Source: a virus (Duplodnaviria; Caudoviricetes). From it: 64,000 nt of DNA. Under the pieces are notes generated by a model. That model searched no databases. It worked only from the letters and a program-made list of their open reading frames with translations, and was not told the origin of the DNA. Positions 56,453-64,000 of this stretch are shown here, one piece after another. The stretch spans positions 512,001 to 576,000 of the IMG/VR virus record IMGVR_UViG_3300021431_000075; one strand, 5' to 3'. A program made the translations under genes and the position numbers. The first letter of the stretch is position 1, and every line of letters starts with the position of its first letter.

Positions 56453-56983
56453 ATGAAACTTATATTAAAAAATAGCAATCTTGTATTTGCGCAAGGAATT
56501 CAGGATCTAACGATTCCAATACAACAAACAACCGGCGAAATGTATTATGTTGCAAATGCCCGTTCGACAATCGCTTGGGATAATTCGGATCCTTCTAATA
56601 AAGCAATCACAGCCGGTAGCAAATATCAACGTTCACAAGTAATAAATGTAGAAAGAACAAAATACAATGCTTTCAAGATTGTCACGTCGAATCCTAATGA
56701 CGTTACGACATATGCATGGATAACATTCGCTGGTTCTCAAAAAGGACAAAGAACTTATCAATCTTCTCCATTGACAGTCAACACAAAGCATGACTTTCGA
56801 GATTCTACGAAGTTCGTTATAGATTCTAAAAGACAATCATTAGACAGTGCTATTAGTAGCATAGATGGTTGTGCAGGAGAAATAGTGCATCAATTCGCAA
56901 TCAGTCTCAAAAACGACGGAACTGCGCCGTCGATGACTGCTGAAGAATTTAAAGCAATAACTATTGTTTTGATGGCTGAATAG
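56453..56983 (+). CDS. Hypothetical spike-associated protein (176 aa)
   Basis: Directly follows the spike gene; terminator at 57004-57037. Confidence 0.6.
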   Translation: MKLILKNSNLVFAQGIQDLTIPIQQTTGEMYYVANARSTIAWDNSDPSNKAITAGSKYQRSQVINVERTKYNAFKIVTSNPNDVTTYAWITFAGSQKGQRTYQSSPLTVNTKHDFRDSTKFVIDSKRQSLDSAISSIDGCAGEIVHQFAISLKNDGTAPSMTAEEFKAITIVLMAE

Positions 56984-57069
56984 TTAAAAACAATATAAAA
57001 TACGAAACCCAGACTTCTATCAAGAAATCTGGGTTTCTTCTTAATCGACCGGAATCTTTGGTTAGTTGA

Positions 57070-58287
57070 TTAGCTCTCGGAAGTCAGCCTGATTGAGTAG
57101 TACTTCTTCCCGGCGAACTTCTTGAATATACTCGTATCCGCAGTCGAGTTATGAACGCCGCGTGTTCCTTCTGTGAACTTGATGAAGAACTCCTTGTTTG
57201 CATTCATGTCAAATTGGAAGTGCTCGAGGATGGTCTGCTGGAACTTCTGCGATGAGATTGTGAACGTAGTAGGCTCGCCGTTCTTGTGGTTTCTGCCATA
57301 GATGCTGAGTCTCGCAATCTTCTTTGACTTGTTAGGAGCGTGTGTGCGGTTTTCCTGCTCCGTGAACACCATGTACATCGCGCCGTCCTTCCCGTCCACG
57401 AGAGTCACGTGCGTGAAATGATTTTCTATCATATCAGCGCCGAACTCTCTGTCCACCACCATCGGAGCGATGGTTCCGTTGCTGCGTACTCGGATTTTCA
57501 TCATGTTCGAACCGCCTGCAACCTTTGCATATGACTGGTTCTTGAACGGAGTTCCGCGACGCTTCTTGCGCTCGCTGATCGGAGTGTCGCAGTCGTACTC
57601 GTCTGCCGGAATATCGTTGGAAACAGTCACAGTTTCGGCAGCGGAGTCAGCGGCTTCTTCCGGAACATAGTTCTTGAACGAGTCCTCAAGCACGCTTGCG
57701 ATGCGATGAGGCTTCAGGAAACCGTTGAAGTGAGTCTGGTTGACCGTAACCTGCTTGGTGTTGCGGAAGTTGAAGCGAGGAGAGAAACCGCGGCACTTAC
57801 CGAGATATGCATGCACAAGACCTTTCGACATCTTGAGAATGTTCTCGTCCTCTTTGTCGAAGTTGCCTTCAGCCTTTCCTTCAAGAACGTTGTTGATGAC
57901 ATCCTCGCAGTACTTCTGGATAGCCATGAAGTCAAACAGCGGTGCAGGTTCCTTCTTTGCTGGTTCTGCTTCTGCAGTGGACTCTTCAATCTTCTGTTCA
58001 GACTTGTTCTCGTCCACTTCCGAAACGATATTCTGAACATAGTCAGACTGAACGCCTGTGCCGGTCACAGTCTTGATTGCATCGCTCACCTTGTTCTCGA
58101 CCATCGTCTTGACTGCTGTCTTGACTGTCGACACTTCGTCGATAAGAAGGTCTGAAATGGTTCTCATGGTCTCGGACATCTTCGTCATGACCTTGCTTGT
58201 GATTTCGGTTGTAATCTCGGCTACAATCTTGTCTAACACTTCAGTAGGGACTTGGAAAGTCGCCGTAATTTGTTTTGATGTTTCCAT
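57070..58287 (-). CDS. Hypothetical early protein (likely start METSKQ at 58287)
   Basis: The track start at 58338 overlaps the TATATTTG(CA) host-type promoter at 58336-58343. Confidence 0.65.
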   Translation of the reverse strand: METSKQITATFQVPTEVLDKIVAEITTEITSKVMTKMSETMRTISDLLIDEVSTVKTAVKTMVENKVSDAIKTVTGTGVQSDYVQNIVSEVDENKSEQKIEESTAEAEPAKKEPAPLFDFMAIQKYCEDVINNVLEGKAEGNFDKEDENILKMSKGLVHAYLGKCRGFSPRFNFRNTKQVTVNQTHFNGFLKPHRIASVLEDSFKNYVPEEAADSAAETVTVSNDIPADEYDCDTPISERKKRRGTPFKNQSYAKVAGGSNMMKIRVRSNGTIAPMVVDREFGADMIENHFTHVTLVDGKDGAMYMVFTEQENRTHAPNKSKKIARLSIYGRNHKNGEPTTFTISSQKFQQTILEHFQFDMNANKEFFIKFTEGTRGVHNSTADTSIFKKFAGKKYYSIRLTSES

Positions 58288-58490
58288 TTGGGCTTTTGTT
58301 TTTAGTTGAACAATCGTGTTTTGATTTTCTGCTTGCAAATATATAATGTTTTTTAGAAACCAGCAAGCAATGCAATAAAAAATATTCTAATTTTAGGAAA
58401 CATTAACTATTTCTATTGTTTTTAAATATCAAAAAAGAGAAGCAAAGTTCTTATTTTGCTTCTCTTTCCACAATATGTTGATAATTATAA

Positions 58491-60017
58491 TTATGAAATC
58501 ATCTTGATGTTCTTCTTAAGCATCTGGGTTCGCTTTCCTCCGCGAATCACCTCGACTAAGTCATCTGGTTCCACAGCCTGCGTATATGACGTCGGGTTGA
58601 TTCTGATTTTCCTGAGCGGCTCGTCCGAATCAATATCGGTCTCGAAGTCGTCGTTGTCAACCATGACAGCCCAAGGCCACTGCTCGACCGGCACGACAAT
58701 CTGGCTCATCGGCAGCACGGCGTACTCTCCGTCCTCATTGACCACATGCACGTTTTCCTTGCACTCGTTGATGTCCTTGAGACTTGCATAGTACTTCTGG
58801 AAGTTCAACTTCATACCGTTTGCAACGATGTCGCATTCAACAGTACGGTCGTTCAGGTCCTTGTAGTCCCTCGTGTAGTCGTACTTGTCGTTCTCGACCG
58901 GGTTGTTGATTCTTGTTTCCGGATTCAGGTCGAACCTTGAATAGTACTTGTCATTATAATCAGTGTTTCCCCATCTCGTGTTCAGCAGATATGTCAGGTC
59001 CGGCTTGATGTCCTTTGCCACGAACTCGAACGTCTCTCCCTGCACCATGACATATACGAACTGTCCGCCGTCGATAATGTCCCTGACAGAAGTCACGGTT
59101 CCGCTCATGTCATATCCGTCTATGTTCACGACAACCCTGTCATATGGCTCGTACATAATCTCGTTCGCCGGTGTGTTCCTGACCTCGTTCAGATAGCTTT
59201 CAAGCATCGCTCTGTGAACATTCGGCAGGTTTATTCTTGGCGCAGCGCTTTCTTGCTGCTGCTGGTCTAATGCTCCCACTGTTCCGTCCTTTTTTTGTTT
59301 GTCTTCTATTTCTTGCTGGAAATTGTTCTCGTCAGATGTTCCGTACTTCGCTTCCTTGACCTTGACGCTCTTTGCAAAGATGCCGTCAGTGCCGAGCTTG
59401 TTTCTACGAATCACTTTGATGTTCTCGTTGATTCCAGTCTCGTTCACGAGCGCGGTCCTGTCCATCGTGTTCTCGTATGATTTGCCGGTCAGGGAACTCA
59501 TGATGCTTGAAACAACGAACAAGCAGTCATCCCGGTTCTTGTAGTCAACAGAGTCAAGCAGTTCATCTATGTTCTCGTAGCTGTACTTGAAACTGTCGAA
59601 CGAGACGCCCGGAACACCGTTCTCGATATCAGAAGCGATTTGTCCGAACTCGTCAGTGTCTCTATAGTAGATTTCCTGACCTATCCTGTACACCGTGTAG
59701 CTCTCGTCTCCCATCGAGATTGAGAAGTTCAGCGGAACCGTAGTTCCGCCAAACTTGTTCACTATCTCTGACACGATAACATGGTTTCCGTCGGCATTCG
59801 CGTTGGCAGCGCACGCGTTCGCTGCATAGTTCATCGCCGAGAGCGTGTCTGCCTGCTTGTTGTCGTAGTACTCGATAGGATCGCCGTCATACTGTCCGGT
59901 CGTAAGATCGCCGGCTGTTCCGTAGCCGGGCTTCTCGATGTCGGAACCACCAACATGAACATTGAGTCCGAGATTGTCCATCTCGCTCATTCTCTTTGAT
60001 TTTTTGGTAGCCTTCAT
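58491..60017 (-). CDS. Putative head-associated protein (508 aa)
   Basis: VNE, INE, MLE and LNE sites; directly downstream of the 1248-aa gene. Confidence 0.5.
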   Translation of the reverse strand: MKATKKSKRMSEMDNLGLNVHVGGSDIEKPGYGTAGDLTTGQYDGDPIEYYDNKQADTLSAMNYAANACAANANADGNHVIVSEIVNKFGGTTVPLNFSISMGDESYTVYRIGQEIYYRDTDEFGQIASDIENGVPGVSFDSFKYSYENIDELLDSVDYKNRDDCLFVVSSIMSSLTGKSYENTMDRTALVNETGINENIKVIRRNKLGTDGIFAKSVKVKEAKYGTSDENNFQQEIEDKQKKDGTVGALDQQQQESAAPRINLPNVHRAMLESYLNEVRNTPANEIMYEPYDRVVVNIDGYDMSGTVTSVRDIIDGGQFVYVMVQGETFEFVAKDIKPDLTYLLNTRWGNTDYNDKYYSRFDLNPETRINNPVENDKYDYTRDYKDLNDRTVECDIVANGMKLNFQKYYASLKDINECKENVHVVNEDGEYAVLPMSQIVVPVEQWPWAVMVDNDDFETDIDSDEPLRKIRINPTSYTQAVEPDDLVEVIRGGKRTQMLKKNIKMIS

Positions 60018-60035
60018 TTTACAAACCGTTCAGAT

Positions 60036-63000
60036 TTACTTTCTCACCTTCTTAATGGAAAGAATAGAGCGCTTCTCGTTGATTCTCTTGCCGGAGCGTC
60101 TTCTCTTGTAAGACTCTGGAATTACGTCATCGAGTTCGATGTTCTCGTCCGCATCCTCGGCTTCATCGTCAGATGCATTTCCGATTTTCTCTGCTGGAAC
60201 CTCAATCTCTGTTCCCTCTGCATCCGTATAGGTATCAACCGGATCTGTCGCTGTGTCAACCGATGCATCGACTGCATCAACTGCATCGACATCGTCGCCA
60301 AGGTCTCCGAAAATGTCTCCGAAATCAAAGTCATCCTCGTCGTCAAGACCGTCTATCTCCAAGTCCTCGTCGCCGTTGTCGTCAATTTCGATGGTTTCGG
60401 TGTCATCAACATCTGCTGGCGGAAGATTGTCATCATCGTTCTCGATTCCTGCTGCAGCATCAACCTCGTCAGTGTCGATGTCGAAGTTCACGTCATCGTC
60501 AGTATCTTCTTCGTCCCCGATAGTGAAGATGCCCTTGTCCTCGTCGTTGCCATCCTCGATGTACTCATTCTCCCAGTCATCGTCGTTTCCGCCTGCATCA
60601 ACAGTCTTGATGTCATCCGTCACTACCGCATCAGCAGAAGAAACAGTAACGCCGTTGGCGCATACGTCTGCATACTGAGGATGCGAAGTAATCGCGTTGA
60701 TGATAGAATTGTACATAGAAGTGGACATCTTCTCATTCATATCGAGAATAGGAGTGTTATCATCTCCGCTCAAATAGAACTTGATTTCAACATTCTCGAC
60801 ATCCTTCGAACCGTCCGCTGTAATAACAGGCTTCAGTACGAGAACAGTTCCGGACTTCATCACGGTCGAGTTCTTCACGTTGCCGTCGAACATCACGTTC
60901 ACGATGCTGTAGTCCGGCGTCTCTACATGAGGATTGAAGAGTTCAGTATCAACTTCCTTATTCAAGTCAATCGGGTCTTCCACGTCGCCGCCGAATATGT
61001 CAGTCGCCTCGGAACCTTCTTCGTCAGTCTCGCCGGTCTCTGCATCGACAGTTTCCATTCCGGCAAGATTGTCATTGTTTTCCTCGCCGAAGTCATCACC
61101 TATGATAATGTCCTCGTCGCTTGGAACATCTTCTGCAGCAGGCTCGTCGGAAATCTCATCATTTCCTTCTTCATCAGTCTCGTCAAAGATGTCGTCGCCG
61201 TCAACATACTCATCGCCAAGTTCTTCCGCATCAACTTCTGTCTCGGCAGGCTCGTCGTCAAGATTGTCAACATCTTCTGTATCGACTTCTTGGAACTCCT
61301 CGTCATCGGTTGCATCAGAGCCGTCTTCGATGTCATTGACAATATCATCAACCTCTTGGTCTGATACGGAATCAGTGTCTTCAGCAGGCTCGTCATCGCC
61401 GCCGTACTGTGTTGCAAGGCTGTTGATTGCTGCCGTGTCTGCATCTGTAACGCCGTCTTCTTCTGCGTTTCCAGAACCAGCACCGTCAAGATAATCATCA
61501 AACTCTGCATCGGAAATCTCTCCGGTAGCATCATCTGCATCATACTCGCCATCAGCAGTAGAACCGTCATAGCCGGCAGGGATTTCAATATCTTCGTCGC
61601 CGGTCACCTTTTGAACAGGCTGCGAGAGTTCGTCCTTCATCGCTTCTGCCTCATCTGCGGAAACAGGCTCGTTGCTTGTCTCTGTCTTCGTGTTCTCGTC
61701 ATCTTCCTCGTCGTCATCATCGGACTTCTTTGTTGCAAGAGCCTCGTCGTTGTCCTTCTGCCACTGCTTGTACTCATCCTTGATGTCCTTGAGTTTCTGC
61801 TTGGAATCGTCAATCATGTCAGTGATTTCCTTCTTAATCTCATCTGTCGTCGCTTCTTCCTTTGCAGCCTTCAGGTCCTCGATTGCCTGAGTGTACTCTT
61901 CAATGGACTTCTCGTACTCGTTCTTGGTCTCGTTCAGGCGGAGAATAATCTTGTCCTGATTAGGAAGCAAGTCTCCGAACAGACTTGAAACGTTGATGCC
62001 CATATGCTCGTTGAGCGTGTTCTTGCAGAATATAGGATTGACATTCCTATAGAACGTGTGCTTCATGAGAGCGTTGTTGTGAGTAGCCATGTAGATGTTC
62101 TCGTCAAGCTTGAACAAGTCAGCGGTGATGTCCGTGTTGCTGTTCAGCGAAATGTGCTTAGCCCAGTCGATTCTTGCGATGTTGTTGAAGTTCTCAAGCA
62201 GGCAGGAACACATGATGTAGAAGTTCGTGTCATAGTTGTCATACTTGATGCACATCTCGTCAAGACGGCGCAAAGACTCTCTGTCTTCCTTGTATCCGTT
62301 GATGTCAACATAGCCTTCATAGATAGTCGCGCTGTAGTCTGTTCCGATGAGGTCGATGTGGTCGTCGCAGATATGAACATGAGGATCGTTCACGAGATGA
62401 CAAAGTTCCACGAACCTTTCATCCAAGTGGCTGATGTACTTCTTGTCAAGAACAGACATGATGTTGCCTTTCTTCACGAAGTACTGTCCGTTCACGTTGA
62501 AGATTGACTCGTTCTCCCTGATGTACTGGACAGGAGTGTAGATTGGAGAAACAGTCGCGTTCTGGCGGATGATGTCAATCTCTTCCTTGATGGAGATAGC
62601 CTTCTCTGAAATGCTGTTAGCCTTGATTGAGTCGGACTGATAAATCACGTCGAACATCGCGCTGATATAAGGATCGTGCGCGTAAGGCATCAACGCATTG
62701 CGGAGCTGAACTCTGTTTGTCGCGTTAGGGTTCAGAACATAGCGCGCTACGTCTTCCTGAATGAGCTCTACATATATATAAGATGAGTAAGAGTCTCTCA
62801 TCTCCTCAAGCAGCTTGGTGAGCGCGATGCTCTCCTGATTCTTCTCGACCACCTTCTTGATGTCCTTTCTCATCTTGTCAACAGGAAGCAGGTAGTTGTA
62901 CATCGAAGTGTTCTGAAGCAGAGTCTCGTAAAGACGCTCCTCATATGCTCCGTTGGCAAGAGCGTTTGCATACTCGGAAAGAACATTCTTCAACTTGTCG

Positions 63001-63782
63001 TTATTGCCGGCATCAGATGCAAGAACGCTCTTGATTCTCTTTGCAAGATTAAGACCGTTGTGGTTGGCTATGCCGGTCAGAGAGAACTTCTCGTTGATGT
63101 GGTTCTTCTTGATTTCGCTCTCGTTGAGTCTCTGGTCGATGTACCTCTCGACCTTCTTGAAAATGTTGTTCGTCAGCTTCTTCTGCTTGAACTCGTCACG
63201 CTTCCTTTCGATTTCTGCCTGCTGCTGCTCGTTCACGACCTCTCCGCCGAATAGGTAAGGTCTCTCGTTCGCAGTTTCCGTAATGTTCACGATGAACATG
63301 TCTGCGAGACCTGGGTTGAAGTTGCGGAGATTGTCAATCTCCTCAAGAAGCTCGTTGCGTGTCTCGTCGCAAGGTTCTGCGATGTAGCGGTTGTAAGACT
63401 CGCGCACAGACTCGCGCACGTACTCGTCATTGATGTCCTCAATGAGCTTGAAGCCGCAGAGCTCTGTGAAGTTCTCGTCAAGAATGTTGTCCATCTTCTT
63501 AAGAACTTCCTTGACGTTCTTGTTGCCGGTCGAGAACTGGCGCAATCCAGTGCCGAAAGACTCGAACATCATGAACTGCTTGCCGCCATGCTTGATTCTC
63601 TCGTCATAGCGCATCAGGTAGGACATAAGGCTCGGATTCTTCTTGCCTTCTCCAAGCAGACCGTCGATGTATCGCTGGATGTTGAACACGACAGAACCGT
63701 CCGGAGTGTCGTTCATCTCGTTCTGAATGGATTCAGTGATAATCTGGCGAATCGACGCCTTAACATCTTCATTTTTATCCAT
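60036..63782 (-). CDS. Large putative prohead-core/scaffold protein with a ~550-aa D/E-rich C-terminal region (1248 aa)
   Basis: Helical N-half with ITE, VNE, LNE and INE sites, acidic tail ending in basic residues; AATAAATA at 63824-63831. Confidence 0.55.
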   Translation of the reverse strand: MDKNEDVKASIRQIITESIQNEMNDTPDGSVVFNIQRYIDGLLGEGKKNPSLMSYLMRYDERIKHGGKQFMMFESFGTGLRQFSTGNKNVKEVLKKMDNILDENFTELCGFKLIEDINDEYVRESVRESYNRYIAEPCDETRNELLEEIDNLRNFNPGLADMFIVNITETANERPYLFGGEVVNEQQQAEIERKRDEFKQKKLTNNIFKKVERYIDQRLNESEIKKNHINEKFSLTGIANHNGLNLAKRIKSVLASDAGNNDKLKNVLSEYANALANGAYEERLYETLLQNTSMYNYLLPVDKMRKDIKKVVEKNQESIALTKLLEEMRDSYSSYIYVELIQEDVARYVLNPNATNRVQLRNALMPYAHDPYISAMFDVIYQSDSIKANSISEKAISIKEEIDIIRQNATVSPIYTPVQYIRENESIFNVNGQYFVKKGNIMSVLDKKYISHLDERFVELCHLVNDPHVHICDDHIDLIGTDYSATIYEGYVDINGYKEDRESLRRLDEMCIKYDNYDTNFYIMCSCLLENFNNIARIDWAKHISLNSNTDITADLFKLDENIYMATHNNALMKHTFYRNVNPIFCKNTLNEHMGINVSSLFGDLLPNQDKIILRLNETKNEYEKSIEEYTQAIEDLKAAKEEATTDEIKKEITDMIDDSKQKLKDIKDEYKQWQKDNDEALATKKSDDDDEEDDENTKTETSNEPVSADEAEAMKDELSQPVQKVTGDEDIEIPAGYDGSTADGEYDADDATGEISDAEFDDYLDGAGSGNAEEDGVTDADTAAINSLATQYGGDDEPAEDTDSVSDQEVDDIVNDIEDGSDATDDEEFQEVDTEDVDNLDDEPAETEVDAEELGDEYVDGDDIFDETDEEGNDEISDEPAAEDVPSDEDIIIGDDFGEENNDNLAGMETVDAETGETDEEGSEATDIFGGDVEDPIDLNKEVDTELFNPHVETPDYSIVNVMFDGNVKNSTVMKSGTVLVLKPVITADGSKDVENVEIKFYLSGDDNTPILDMNEKMSTSMYNSIINAITSHPQYADVCANGVTVSSADAVVTDDIKTVDAGGNDDDWENEYIEDGNDEDKGIFTIGDEEDTDDDVNFDIDTDEVDAAAGIENDDDNLPPADVDDTETIEIDDNGDEDLEIDGLDDEDDFDFGDIFGDLGDDVDAVDAVDASVDTATDPVDTYTDAEGTEIEVPAEKIGNASDDEAEDADENIELDDVIPESYKRRRSGKRINEKRSILSIKKVRK

Positions 63783-63865
63783 TTGTTATATATGATTTTT
63801 CTTATTTTTCTGCTTTGTTGAATTATTTATTTAGACAAAAATATGTCAAAATATAGAATTTTTGT

Positions 63866-64000
63866 CTAAATTATTGTAATCCAGTCACTTACGACTTTAT
63901 TCTCTTTTTGATAATGATCCTTGACAATCAGTCTGATTCTCTTTGCATCAATATTGTTGTTATACACAAAACACTCAAAATCAACAGGATTCATCTCATC
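63866..64000 (-). CDS. C-terminal end of a gene entering from the right edge
   Basis: Open frame ...DEMNPVDFECFVYNNNIDAKRIRLIVKDHYQKENKVVSDWITII*. Confidence 0.55.
   Translation of the reverse strand, partial: DEMNPVDFECFVYNNNIDAKRIRLIVKDHYQKENKVVSDWITII

Noticed and set aside
60122-62507. Many 100-230-aa plus-strand ORFs opposite acidic genes (also 10941-12676 and 27620-28646)
   Set aside because: They are Ser/Phe/Leu-rich antisense shadows of GAA/GAC-rich codons, with no promoters or motifs.
1-64000. Stop-codon reassignment (TAG=Gln), as in Lak and some crAss-like Bacteroidota phages
   Set aside because: Long structural and replication genes are intact in the standard code. TAG ends several complete genes (24930, 46280, 56983) and does not split recognisable domains.
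1-64000. tRNA or rRNA genes
   Set aside because: No cloverleaf or T-loop (GTTCRA) context was found by eye in the intergenic gaps, which are short and explained by promoters and terminators. A tRNAscan-SE run would confirm this.

Overview
This window is a 64-kb segment of a large T4-like (jumbo myovirus-type) phage genome, read in the standard genetic code, with most genes on the minus strand. The host is probably a Bacteroidota species, judged from TAnnTTTG promoters and a host-like DUF1599 gene. It encodes the tail sheath (gp18), a large terminase (gp17) with a cis mini-intein, RNase H, primase (gp61), SSB (gp32) and gp46/gp47. The family-B DNA polymerase is fractured by a Ser/Ser split intein, and its exonuclease/motif-A part is absent from the window. 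Other genes include a MoxR AAA+/vWA-metallopeptidase pair, an M13 peptidase, a Pol-beta nucleotidyltransferase, a degenerate methyltransferase-like protein, several acidic head-core-like proteins and two divergent carbohydrate-esterase spike-like genes. Five patterns stand out. (1) A mirror-symmetric cassette at 51-57 kb: spike <- 24-aa peptide <- perfect 22-bp inverted repeats -> paralogous 24-aa peptide -> spike, a candidate invertible receptor switch. (2) A polymerase in at least three pieces. (3) Three promoter classes that sort with gene function. (4) Shared N-terminal '(L/I/V)-x-E' propeptides, suggesting capsid-packaged enzymes. (5) Structured RNA leaders and trailers. All calls come from reading motifs by eye; no database searches were run.
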